Origin: Minisyncoccota bacterium
Lineage (GTDB): Bacteria > Patescibacteriota > Minisyncoccia > Phycocordibacterales > UBA9973
Length of the DNA stretch: 64,000 bases
Assembly (NCBI GenBank): GCA_041662525.1
Contig: JBAZSF010000002.1
Location: forward strand, 3,121 to 67,120
Direction: 5' to 3'
A model generated the notes under the pieces. The model ran no database searches. It was not told the DNA's origin and saw only the letters and a list, made by a program, of their open reading frames with translations. Positions 26,526 to 35,830 of the stretch are shown one piece after another. Numbering within the stretch: the first letter of the stretch is position 1; each line of letters starts with the position of its first letter. The position numbers and the translations under genes are program-made.

Positions 26526-29006
26526 TCATTTTACTTCCTTAAGATTATCTCCAAAACCAAAGTGTACTTCTAGCGGAATATCTGTTTTATAATATAAAAA
26601 TGATTTCTGGAGTACCCCCTCCATGGCCTCTTTTATTATTTTTTCAGCTTTTTCCAACACACTTTCTTCCACTTCGTAAACCAATTCATCATGAATTTGA
26701 AGTATCAGATGAACACTCTCTAATAACCCAGCTTCCTTCAAACCTTCTTCCGTATACCTTATAGCTAATTTAATAATATCAGCCGCTGTCCCCTGAAGGG
26801 GGGCATTGGTCGCAGTCCGCTCGGCCATATTTTTCAAAAATGGAATTCTAGAGTTTATGTTTGGAAAATTCCTACGCCGACCAAATAAAGTTTCAGTATA
26901 AGAATTCTTTAACACGAACTTTTTTACTTCTTCTAAATAATCCCGCACCCCAGAAAATTGATTGAAATAATTATCATAAAACTTTTGGGCTTCTTCTCTC
27001 GTGCCACCGAGATTCTTCCGCAGGGCAGAAACTCCCATACCATAAATAATTCCAAAATTTATCACTTTTGCTTTTCTCCTCATTTCCCTGTCCACTTTTT
27101 CTATCGGCACATCGAAAACAAATGAAGCCACTCCAGTATGAATATCTTTTTTCTCTCGGAAAACTTGTGTCATTTTTTTATCACCTGAAAGCATAGCCGC
27201 TACCCGTAATTCAATCTGACTATAATCAAAAGCTACCAGCTTGTGACCTTTTGACGCAACAATACCACCTCGGATTCTTCTGCCAAGTTCTGTTTTTATT
27301 GGTAAATTTTGCAAGTTGGGATCTTGAGAAGCAAATCTTCCTGTGGTGGTGCCATTTTGTAAAAATTTAGCATGCAAGCGACCATCGGCATCTACCATTT
27401 TAGGAATAACATCAATATAAGTAGAAAGTAGTTTCTGCAATTCTCGATAAAATAATATTTCTTTTATGATTGGATTTTCTTCTTCCAATTCTTCTAATAC
27501 AGAAACCTTGGTAGAAAACCCACCACTTGCATTTTTCTTTACTTTATTTTTTCCTGGTGATTTTATGCCCATTTTATCAAAAAGCACTTCGCCTAATTGT
27601 TTTGGTGAATTTATATTAAATTCTACACCCGCCTGAGTGTATATTTTTTTAGTTAAAATATCTAATTCCTTATGATATTCAAGTGATAATTTTTCAAAAT
27701 ATTTTTTATCTATTAAAATTCCATAATCTTCCATTTTTTTCACTATCGGAATAATAGGTTTTTCTATCTCTTCATAAACTTTTTCTAATTTTTTTTCTTT
27801 CAGTGTTTTAAAAATCTGTTCATATGCTATTTCAAAAGAACTAGCATGCGTAAAAAACAAAATATCTTCCAAACTTGGATTGGGGATATCGGAATTGATG
27901 AGCCAAAGAGCGATACTGGCTTCTTGGAGTTTTTGCGCAGGAGGCAAAATAAGAGAATTTTTGAGCTGGTCTGGTTGAGCCCGCTCTTTTAAAGAATTCT
28001 GTGCGGGTGACCCGAGGACCCGAGAAAATTCTGCTGATTTTGCCTCCTGCTTATTCCCATCAAAAAAATTCCTCAGACGTGTAAGTAAACTCCTGAATTC
28101 AAAAATTGAAAAAACTTGTTCAATTTTTTTAAAATCGACAATTTCCCAAAAAGTTTTTTCTGGTAAAATGAAATCTATCGGGGTATCGGTTCTAATGGTC
28201 GCCAATATTTTGGAAAACAAGGCCTCCTCCTCGTTGTTTTTAAGTAACTCAATCATTCTAGGACTAATGCCTGCTTTCAAAAAATCTTCTTCGCCTTTCT
28301 TACCGTTTTCTTTGATTTTTTTATAAATTTCTTCGATGGTTCCAAATTTTGAAATTAAAATTTCAGCTGTTTTTTCGCCAACTCCTTTTATACCAATAAT
28401 ATTATCTGATGGGTCTCCACGTAGTCCTTTGTAATCCGGCAAAAGTCTCGGTTTAAAATGAAATCGGTTTATCATCGCATCTTCGTCGTATAAAATAGTA
28501 TCGTTAATTCCCTTTTTCAGAGTGTAAACTTGTACTTTTTTATCATCTATTAATTGCATAGTATCCATATCGCCTGAAGCAATAATAATTTTTATATTTT
28601 TATCTTTTTTATATTTCTCCACTATTGTTCCCAAGACATCATCCGCTTCAAAGCCAGGTGCATCATACATGGGTATATCAAAAGCATCAAAAATCTGACG
28701 GGAATTTTTCAATTGCATTATCAAGGCATCTTCCGTTTTTGCTCGGCCTGCTTTGTATCCATCATGAGCTTCGTGTCTAAAAGTTTTTTGGGGTAAATCA
28801 TAACAAGCCACAATATAGTCTGGCTTTAACTCAGTAATTATTTTCATCAACATAGTAGAAAGCCCATACAATGCTCCTGTCGGTTCACCCTTTGAAGATA
28901 AGAACTCCGGCAAAGCATGATAAGCGCGATGGATGATGGCATGAGCATCTAGTAATACTAAGGTTTTACTATCATTTGTTCTATTATTTATTTTTGTTTT
29001 TGGCAT
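26526..29006 (-). CDS. polA: DNA polymerase I
   Basis: 5'-3' exonuclease N-terminus 'LVLLDAHAIIHRAYHAL', polymerase motifs 'DYSQIELRV', 'RRKAKVINFGIIYGMG', 'LQIHDELVYE'. Confidence 0.9.
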   Translation of the reverse strand: MPKTKINNRTNDSKTLVLLDAHAIIHRAYHALPEFLSSKGEPTGALYGLSTMLMKIITELKPDYIVACYDLPQKTFRHEAHDGYKAGRAKTEDALIMQLKNSRQIFDAFDIPMYDAPGFEADDVLGTIVEKYKKDKNIKIIIASGDMDTMQLIDDKKVQVYTLKKGINDTILYDEDAMINRFHFKPRLLPDYKGLRGDPSDNIIGIKGVGEKTAEILISKFGTIEEIYKKIKENGKKGEEDFLKAGISPRMIELLKNNEEEALFSKILATIRTDTPIDFILPEKTFWEIVDFKKIEQVFSIFEFRSLLTRLRNFFDGNKQEAKSAEFSRVLGSPAQNSLKERAQPDQLKNSLILPPAQKLQEASIALWLINSDIPNPSLEDILFFTHASSFEIAYEQIFKTLKEKKLEKVYEEIEKPIIPIVKKMEDYGILIDKKYFEKLSLEYHKELDILTKKIYTQAGVEFNINSPKQLGEVLFDKMGIKSPGKNKVKKNASGGFSTKVSVLEELEEENPIIKEILFYRELQKLLSTYIDVIPKMVDADGRLHAKFLQNGTTTGRFASQDPNLQNLPIKTELGRRIRGGIVASKGHKLVAFDYSQIELRVAAMLSGDKKMTQVFREKKDIHTGVASFVFDVPIEKVDREMRRKAKVINFGIIYGMGVSALRKNLGGTREEAQKFYDNYFNQFSGVRDYLEEVKKFVLKNSYTETLFGRRRNFPNINSRIPFLKNMAERTATNAPLQGTAADIIKLAIRYTEEGLKEAGLLESVHLILQIHDELVYEVEESVLEKAEKIIKEAMEGVLQKSFLYYKTDIPLEVHFGFGDNLKEVK

Positions 29007-29043
29007 TGTATAAATTATACCATTTAGGATATACTTTAATATA

Positions 29044-30741
29044 ATGGCTTTATTTGATGAAGAAAAACAAAATAAACAATTAGACGAATTGCATAAACAA
29101 GAAGAAGAGCAATTAGTAGCGACATTGGCAGAATCAAAATACGGTCTCCCTTATATTGATCTTTCTCGTTTAGGAATAGACAATGAAGCGCTTCGCGCAA
29201 TATCTGAAAAAGATTCTAGAGAATTAAACATAGCACCTTTTAAACTTTTTGGAAAAAATATTTTTGTAGCATTACATTCACCATCTGATGACCTTATAAA
29301 AAGATTAAAAGATGATCTAGAAAGACATAACCTCGTCCCAACTTTTTATATGGCATCTACGGCTAGTATAAATAAAGTCTGGGAAAGATATAAAGAACTT
29401 TCAATGGCAGAAAATTCAATAATCGGTGGAATAGATATTTCTGGAGAAGTTTTAAGAGAAACATCAAAAAAAATAGAGGAAATGCAGGATATTCAAAAAA
29501 TGGTTACCGAAGCGTTAGAAGGAAATAAAATTCATAAAATTTCTCGTTTACTTGAAATAATTTTAGCTGGTGCGATTGCCATCAAAGCTTCTGATATTCA
29601 CATCGAACCAGAACAAGAGAGGGGTAGATTGAGACTACGTCTAGACGGGATACTCCAAGATACAAACTTTTTTGGATTGGATGTTTACCATCTACTTAAT
29701 TCTCGTATCAAATTATTATCTGGTATGAAACTAACATCTAAAATAGCCCAAGATGGACGTTTTAGTATTGTTGAGGAAAAGGAAGAAATAAATATTCGTG
29801 TTTCTCTTATTCCTGGTGCTTATGGAGAATCAATTGTGATGCGTATTCTGGACCCGAAATCTATCCAAGTAAAACTCGACGAGATAGGAATAGAGCCTTT
29901 TCTTTTTTCCATAATCCAAGAAGAAATTGCAAAACCAAATGGCCTCATTTTAGTCACGGGACCAACTGGCTCTGGAAAAACCACCACTCTTTACGCCTTC
30001 CTTCGTAAAATTTATTCTCCAGAAATAAAAATAATAACTATCGAAGACCCAGTCGAATATCATCTACCAGGAGTAACTCAGACTCAAACAAATGAAGAGA
30101 AAGGTTATACCTTTGTTGAGGGATTACGTTCTGCTCTGCGCCAAGACCCAGATGTGGTGATGGTTGGTGAAATTCGTGATAAAGAAACAGCCGAAATTGC
30201 AGTCCAATCAGCACTCACTGGCCATATAGTTTTCTCTACTTTACATACCAACAACGCAGCCGGAGTTATCCCCCGTCTGATTGACCTAGGGGTGAATCCT
30301 AAAATATTAGTTTCTGCCTTGTCTCTTTCTATTGCCCAACGATTGGTTCGTAAATTGTGCACTTTTTGTAAAAAAGAAAAAATCCCCACTGAAGAAGAAT
30401 TGAAAACTATAAAATTAGTTATGGATAGTATCAAAAATGAAGGTAAAAATCTTACAAATTATAATATAAATCCCGATGCCCCAATAAAATTATTTGAAGC
30501 GGTGGGTTGTGATAAATGTAATATGACTGGATACAAGGGACGAATAGGTATTTTTGAAGCAATCAAAACTGACGAAGCGATTGAAAAAATAATGCCAGAA
30601 AATCCAAGCGAAAGAGAGATTAAAAAAGTGTCAGAAACACAAAGAATACTTTCTATGCGCCAAGACGGCCTAGTAAAAATGTTAAATGGTATTACTTCGT
30701 TCGAAGAAGTGCAGAGCGTAGTGGATCTAAAAGAAGAATAA
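29044..30741 (+). CDS. pilB: Type IV pilus / type II secretion assembly ATPase (PilB/GspE family)
   Basis: N-terminal T2SSE_N-like domain, Walker A 'GPTGSGKTTTL', Asp box, 'VMVGEIRDKETAEIAVQSALTGHIVFSTLHTNNA', tetracysteine 'CTFC…CDKC'. Confidence 0.9.
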   Translation: MALFDEEKQNKQLDELHKQEEEQLVATLAESKYGLPYIDLSRLGIDNEALRAISEKDSRELNIAPFKLFGKNIFVALHSPSDDLIKRLKDDLERHNLVPTFYMASTASINKVWERYKELSMAENSIIGGIDISGEVLRETSKKIEEMQDIQKMVTEALEGNKIHKISRLLEIILAGAIAIKASDIHIEPEQERGRLRLRLDGILQDTNFFGLDVYHLLNSRIKLLSGMKLTSKIAQDGRFSIVEEKEEINIRVSLIPGAYGESIVMRILDPKSIQVKLDEIGIEPFLFSIIQEEIAKPNGLILVTGPTGSGKTTTLYAFLRKIYSPEIKIITIEDPVEYHLPGVTQTQTNEEKGYTFVEGLRSALRQDPDVVMVGEIRDKETAEIAVQSALTGHIVFSTLHTNNAAGVIPRLIDLGVNPKILVSALSLSIAQRLVRKLCTFCKKEKIPTEEELKTIKLVMDSIKNEGKNLTNYNINPDAPIKLFEAVGCDKCNMTGYKGRIGIFEAIKTDEAIEKIMPENPSEREIKKVSETQRILSMRQDGLVKMLNGITSFEEVQSVVDLKEE

Positions 30742-30747
30742 AAAATT

Positions 30748-30825
30748 ATGGCCAGCGACACCGAAGCGTCGCTGGCCATTGATGGCAGAGAACTAAGAGC
30801 TCTCTGCAGTAGGTTTTTTTATTTT
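30748..30825 (+). terminator. Double-hairpin intrinsic terminator after pilB (ggccagcgac…gtcgctggcc, then gcagaga…tctctgc + T-run)
   Basis: Read directly. Confidence 0.7.
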
Positions 30826-31124
30826 CTTTTTTTTCTTTTTTTTGATTGGTTCGCACATACGAACCACCCCCTTTCTTTTTAACTCTGGATTTCCATACGC
30901 CGGGTCATAAAAATATTCCTCGCACATATTTACTCCCTTAAAAAACAAATTTTATTCTTTTAAAGAATACTTGCTTTATTTAATAATGTTAAATTTTTTA
31001 ACATTAACCTAAGGATTTTGACTTTTTGTAAAATCTGTTAAAATTCTAATATGACCCATTCAATAACTTCAGGCCTTCGCTCTGAGTCTCAGTCTCGAAG
31101 AGGTCATGGTGATAAAATAGAACC

Positions 31125-31796
31125 ATGATCAAAATACAACCGATTGTACGAGATATAGTGCTAAAAGAGTTGGAAGCTTCTATTGCCCTATCAAATGGCT
31201 ATATGAATATGAGCAGTTATGCACATCGCATCCGTCCCAGAGTTGAAGCTCTTACTAAAAAACAAGTGACAATTACCAGCTTGGTGGTTTCCTTGTCACG
31301 CGTTCGAAAAGAATTAAAAAAAGAACAACCACTCATCTGGGATGTGCCTATAAAAAATATCACTACCAAACTTCCTTTATCAGAGATAATCTACGAAAAC
31401 ACAGATAAATTAATGGAGGAACTTGAATCACTTTATAAAAACATATCCGTATCGCAGGAAGATTTTTTTACTACTACCATCGGCACGGCTGAGGTTGATA
31501 TCATTTGTTCATCTAATTTAGAGAAAAAAGTATTGAAGCATTTTAAAATAAAACCAAAAATTATTAACTACAACTTAGCCGCCATTGGCGTTTCGTATGG
31601 TCCAGAAGTTTTTGGAATACCAAATGTTTTCTTCTCCCTTCTCTCGGTCACTGCTCGCGCTCGTATCAATATAGAAGAATTAGTTTCAACCCCCACTGAA
31701 TTAATTTTTATTATTGCCGAAAAAGATTTCGGGCAGACCGTCGCTTTGTTTTCTGAACTACACAGAGAAACAAATAAAAAAAGCATTAATCTCTAA
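31125..31796 (+). CDS. Hypothetical protein (223 aa)
   Basis: ORF with no confident motif; followed by hairpin ctttcagagc…gctccgaaag. Confidence 0.45.
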   Translation: MIKIQPIVRDIVLKELEASIALSNGYMNMSSYAHRIRPRVEALTKKQVTITSLVVSLSRVRKELKKEQPLIWDVPIKNITTKLPLSEIIYENTDKLMEELESLYKNISVSQEDFFTTTIGTAEVDIICSSNLEKKVLKHFKIKPKIINYNLAAIGVSYGPEVFGIPNVFFSLLSVTARARINIEELVSTPTELIFIIAEKDFGQTVALFSELHRETNKKSINL

Positions 31797-32112
31797 ACAA
31801 TCCTTTCAGAGCTGAGCTCCGAAAGTAATAAAATATTATAGGATGGCCCCAGAAACTAATAAAAGCTCCAAAACGTCCTATGCAAATTCATATAACCGGT
31901 GGCTGATTGCTTAGAGATTAATGCCTTATTTAAATATCAACAAAAAAACTTCTAACAATATTATACTACATGCTTAGACAAGCAAATGCTATAATGTTGA
32001 TAGCTATGTTGATACCCTGTTGATAAATGTACTACATATATAACATAGCATATAATAAAATTAATGTCAAGCTCATTGTTCGCAAGTAAACAGAATCAAG
32101 TAAAAAACCCTT

Positions 32113-33126
32113 ATGAAACAAGACAAAAAACAAGAAACAAATGACGACTCCTTTTTAGACCAAACTCTCCGCCCTACGAAGTGGAATGAATATATTGGAC
32201 AAAAACATATAAAAGATAACGTTAAAATCCTGTTGCGAGCAGCCGAGGAACGTGGACACATCCCTGAACACATTCTTTTTTACGGACCTCCAGGGTTAGG
32301 CAAAACCACCCTAGCACACTTAATCGCTAAAGAAACGGGTAGACAAATGAAAATCACTTCTGGACCAGCGATTGAAAAAGTGGGTGACTTGGCTTCCATT
32401 CTGACAAATCTAGCTTCTGGCGATATTCTTTTTATAGATGAAATTCATAGACTTAATAAAATGGTGGAAGAAATTCTCTACCCTGCCATGGAGTCTGGGG
32501 TTCTAGATATAATCATCGGCAAAGGCCCATCAGCGCGCACCATCCAGCTCGACTTACCACCATTTACTTTGATCGCAGCCACTACGAGAGTCTCTATGGT
32601 CTCCTCCCCGCTTCGTTCTCGTTTCTCTGGTGGGGTTTTTCGATTGGAATTTTACTCCAATGAAGAAATTGGGGAAATAGTAAAAAGATCGAGTGGTCTT
32701 CTAAAAATAACTTTAGAAGAAGATGCTCTAAAAGAAATCGCTAAGAGAAGCAGGTTCACCCCCCGCACGGCAAATTATTTTTTGAAACGCTGTCGTGATT
32801 TTGCGCAGGTAAATAAAAAGAGTTTAGATCAGAAGACCATAAGAGAAGCACTCAACATGCTTGCTATTGATGACATTGGTTTAAATGCTTCAGATAGAAA
32901 ATTTTTAGAAATATTAATTGAAAAATTTGGGGGTGGGCCAGTAGGATTAAAAACTATCGCTGCGGCGATGTCGGAAGAAGAAGCCACGGTAGAAGAAGTC
33001 ATCGAACCATATCTAATCCAACTCGGCCTCCTAGAACGCACTGCCCGCGGAAGAATGGCTACCAAGAAAGCATATGAGCATTTAGATTTTGACTTACCAG
33101 AAGAAAAACAAAGTAAATTAATTTAA
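32113..33126 (+). CDS. ruvB: Holliday junction ATP-dependent DNA helicase RuvB
   Basis: 'LRPTKWNEYIGQ', Walker A 'GPPGLGKTTLA', 'DEIHRL', sensor and winged-helix C-terminus. Confidence 0.95.
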   Translation: MKQDKKQETNDDSFLDQTLRPTKWNEYIGQKHIKDNVKILLRAAEERGHIPEHILFYGPPGLGKTTLAHLIAKETGRQMKITSGPAIEKVGDLASILTNLASGDILFIDEIHRLNKMVEEILYPAMESGVLDIIIGKGPSARTIQLDLPPFTLIAATTRVSMVSSPLRSRFSGGVFRLEFYSNEEIGEIVKRSSGLLKITLEEDALKEIAKRSRFTPRTANYFLKRCRDFAQVNKKSLDQKTIREALNMLAIDDIGLNASDRKFLEILIEKFGGGPVGLKTIAAAMSEEEATVEEVIEPYLIQLGLLERTARGRMATKKAYEHLDFDLPEEKQSKLI

Positions 33127-33394
33127 TACAAATAGAAAAAGCCGCCAGTGCTTCTTCAAATTAATGAAAATCTTTACGACTTAGAAATTAGGTCTAAAAG
33201 ACCTAGATAAAAATGGTTGGGGCCTCTCAGGACCCCAATTAACCACGAAAAATACGGGTCTCTCCTTTCTTTAAGGGGCAATTTTGGGAGAACCTTAAGA
33301 ACTTAAAAGAACAAGTTCACCCAATCTGTTTTTAGAATATAGAAAATAATAAAGAAAAGCAAAAAAGTTATCCCCATGCTAAACTTTAATCATC

Positions 33395-33877
33395 ATGAGA
33401 ATTTTAGGAATAGATCCTGGATATGAGCGATTAGGAATAGCTGTTTTAGAAAAAACTCCTAAGGTAAGTCCTAGGGAACAAGTGATTTTTTCTGAATGTT
33501 TTAAAACTTCAGCTAAATTAGAATTTAATGAAAGATTATTTTTAATCGGTGAAGAAGTAAAAAAAATAATTAAAAAATACAAACCAGAAGTTTTAGCTAT
33601 AGAAACTTTATTTTTAAATACTAATCACAAAACTGTGATGAAGGTCGCTGAAGTACGCGGAGTGGTGATCTACGAAGCCACCTGCGCTGGATTGAAAGTA
33701 TTCGAAGCTTCTCCACCCCAAATAAAAATAGCTACTACTGGCTATGGAAAAGCTAACAAAGAACAAATAATGAAAATGGTAAAAATTTTAGTGGATATAG
33801 ATAATTCTAAAACATCAGATGATGAATTGGACGCTATCGCTATCGCCTTAACTGCATCTGCACACATGAGACTTTAA
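33395..33877 (+). CDS. ruvC: Crossover junction endodeoxyribonuclease RuvC
   Basis: 'MRILGIDPGYERLGIAVLE', catalytic acidic residues, C-terminal 'DDELDAIAIAL'. Confidence 0.9.
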   Translation: MRILGIDPGYERLGIAVLEKTPKVSPREQVIFSECFKTSAKLEFNERLFLIGEEVKKIIKKYKPEVLAIETLFLNTNHKTVMKVAEVRGVVIYEATCAGLKVFEASPPQIKIATTGYGKANKEQIMKMVKILVDIDNSKTSDDELDAIAIALTASAHMRL

Positions 33878-34577
33878 ATATATTAATTTATAAAGGTTTT
33901 AATACACAAAATCGTTGTCGCAAAAACAGAAATAATCATTCTTTTATTGATTGTTTTGCCTTTTACCATTAAGCCACTGCTAGTGATCATCAAAAAAGCA
34001 TTGCATTTTTTACATGGATACTCTTCAAAGTCATGTGGATATGAAATTTTACATTTACTAAAGTGAATCATTTATTTAATATTATTTTTGAATAAAGCAA
34101 AAAAAACACCACCTGCTCGGTGGTAGAATCTTGTGAACAATCCAAAACGGAGGCTAAAGATGAAATTCAAGATTCATTTATTATTTTATTTTAACAACTT
34201 AACAAAATGAATTAAATATTTATTAATTTTTTCTCATACTCGTAAGTTCTATTTATCTATAATAACAAATTTTTCTAAAAAACAAAAATAATAAAGTTTT
34301 TTATTTTTTAATCATATTTTTTCTACTTTATTCACGATTAATTATCGTTCCATCTTAAGTTATCCACACATGCTATTGCCAAGTTTTTTATATTTTGATA
34401 CAAAGTAGGCATTAGTAGTTTATTTAATAAAAAATAATTTTTTTATGTATGAAGAAGATGAAGAAATAAAGGATAATTTTAAAGGAGGAGTAGATGAAGA
34501 TGAACCCTTAGATATGCTGGATGAAATAAATGATTTTAGTTTAGACGAAGAAGACCCAGACAGGGATGGATAAGATT

Positions 34578-34612
34578 GTAAAGTAAAAATCCGCCTTTTA
34601 TGGCGGATTTTT
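34578..34612. terminator. Bidirectional terminator (atccgcc-ttttat-ggcggat hairpin with flanking A/T runs)
   Basis: Lies 3' of tyrS (minus) and of the small acidic ORF (plus). Confidence 0.6.
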
Positions 34613-34614
34613 TA

Positions 34615-35808
34615 TTATTTTATCTTTATAAATCTATGCTTACCGATTTTATAAACAGTTTTTAAAACTTTTGATTCTGAATCGTTGACTTTTTCATTCT
34701 TTTCCATATCGGTTATTGCTCCTTCTCCTATTAATCTCCTAAATTCTGTTTTAGAGCTAACTATTTTTCCTGAAATCAATACATCCATAAGTTTTACTCC
34801 GTCTTCTGCCTTAACCTCTAAAATATCGTCTGGTATACCTCCTTTTGCAAAAGTATTTACAAAATTTTCCTCAGCTTCTTTTGCTTTTTTTTCTCCGTGG
34901 TAAAAAGAAACTATTTCTTTAGCTAATATTTTCTTAAAAATCATAGGGTTTTCCCCAGATTTTACTGCTTGTTTCATTTTTTCTATTTCTTCCATTGACA
35001 CGCGAGTCACTAATTCAAAATAGTCGAATATAACATCATCAATAATAGACATAATTTGCCCATACATTTCAACAGCATTACCTGAAATAGGTATAAAATT
35101 CTTCAAACTCTTTCCCATTGGTCTACCATCAGACCCAAGTAAAAGTTTCATAACCACTGCGCATTGCGGAACAAGCTTAAAAGAAGGCATTAAGTGCCTG
35201 CCAGCCAAAAGATTAAAGGTCTGATCGGTACCACCAAGCTCAACATCACAATTGAGTGCTACTGAATCGTATCCTTGCATTAAAGGATACATAAATTCAT
35301 CTAACCCTATTGGTTTTCCAGACTTAAAACGAATCATAAAAGACTCCCTGTCTAGCATTTGAGCAATTGTAAATTTCTTAGCCAAATTTATCACATCATT
35401 AAAATTTAAGTTTTTAAGCCATTCAGAATTATGTCTTACTTTTGTTTGTTTTTTTATTACTGTTTTGAAAAATTGATCCTGATAACTCTTTTCCATCTTT
35501 TTTACATCTTTTAGAGTTGTCTCTTCTCTCATATCAACTTTATCTGAATGATCACCAACCAAAGTTGTAAAATCTCCTATAATGAGAGTAACCTTGTGTC
35601 CGAGTTCCTGAAAATCTCTAAGTTTTCTATGAATGACCGAATGCCCAAGATGCAAGAAAGACCCAGTGACGTCTGTTCCTAATTTAAAATGTAATTGTTT
35701 ACCACTTAAAAGTTTTTTCCTAAGTTCTTCTTTGGTAAAAACTTCATGGACCCCACGGCTTAAAATTTCATCTATTTTCTTTTCATCTGTTATAACTTTC
35801 ATATTCAT
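34615..35808 (-). CDS. tyrS: Tyrosyl-tRNA synthetase
   Basis: 'HLGH' HIGH motif in 'SFLHLGHSVIHRKLRDFQELGHKVTLIIGDFT', 'PMGKSL' KMSKS-like, C-terminal S4 domain. Start trimmed from ORF-track 36012 to MNMK (35808). Confidence 0.85.
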   Translation of the reverse strand: MNMKVITDEKKIDEILSRGVHEVFTKEELRKKLLSGKQLHFKLGTDVTGSFLHLGHSVIHRKLRDFQELGHKVTLIIGDFTTLVGDHSDKVDMREETTLKDVKKMEKSYQDQFFKTVIKKQTKVRHNSEWLKNLNFNDVINLAKKFTIAQMLDRESFMIRFKSGKPIGLDEFMYPLMQGYDSVALNCDVELGGTDQTFNLLAGRHLMPSFKLVPQCAVVMKLLLGSDGRPMGKSLKNFIPISGNAVEMYGQIMSIIDDVIFDYFELVTRVSMEEIEKMKQAVKSGENPMIFKKILAKEIVSFYHGEKKAKEAEENFVNTFAKGGIPDDILEVKAEDGVKLMDVLISGKIVSSKTEFRRLIGEGAITDMEKNEKVNDSESKVLKTVYKIGKHRFIKIK

Positions 35809-35830
35809 GGATTCTACCACGTTTTCTGCT

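Noticed and set aside
31940-32110. Candidate sigma-70 promoter upstream of ruvB (TTGATA / TATAAT-like hexamers)
   Set aside because: Several overlapping AT-rich hexamer candidates with non-canonical spacing; cannot single out a promoter by eye.
33883-34071. Minus-strand 62-aa ORF with CxxC-like Cys pairs
   Set aside because: No SD, and it sits in a terminator/AT-rich region; the Cys spacing (C-x18-CKKC) is not a convincing zinc ribbon.
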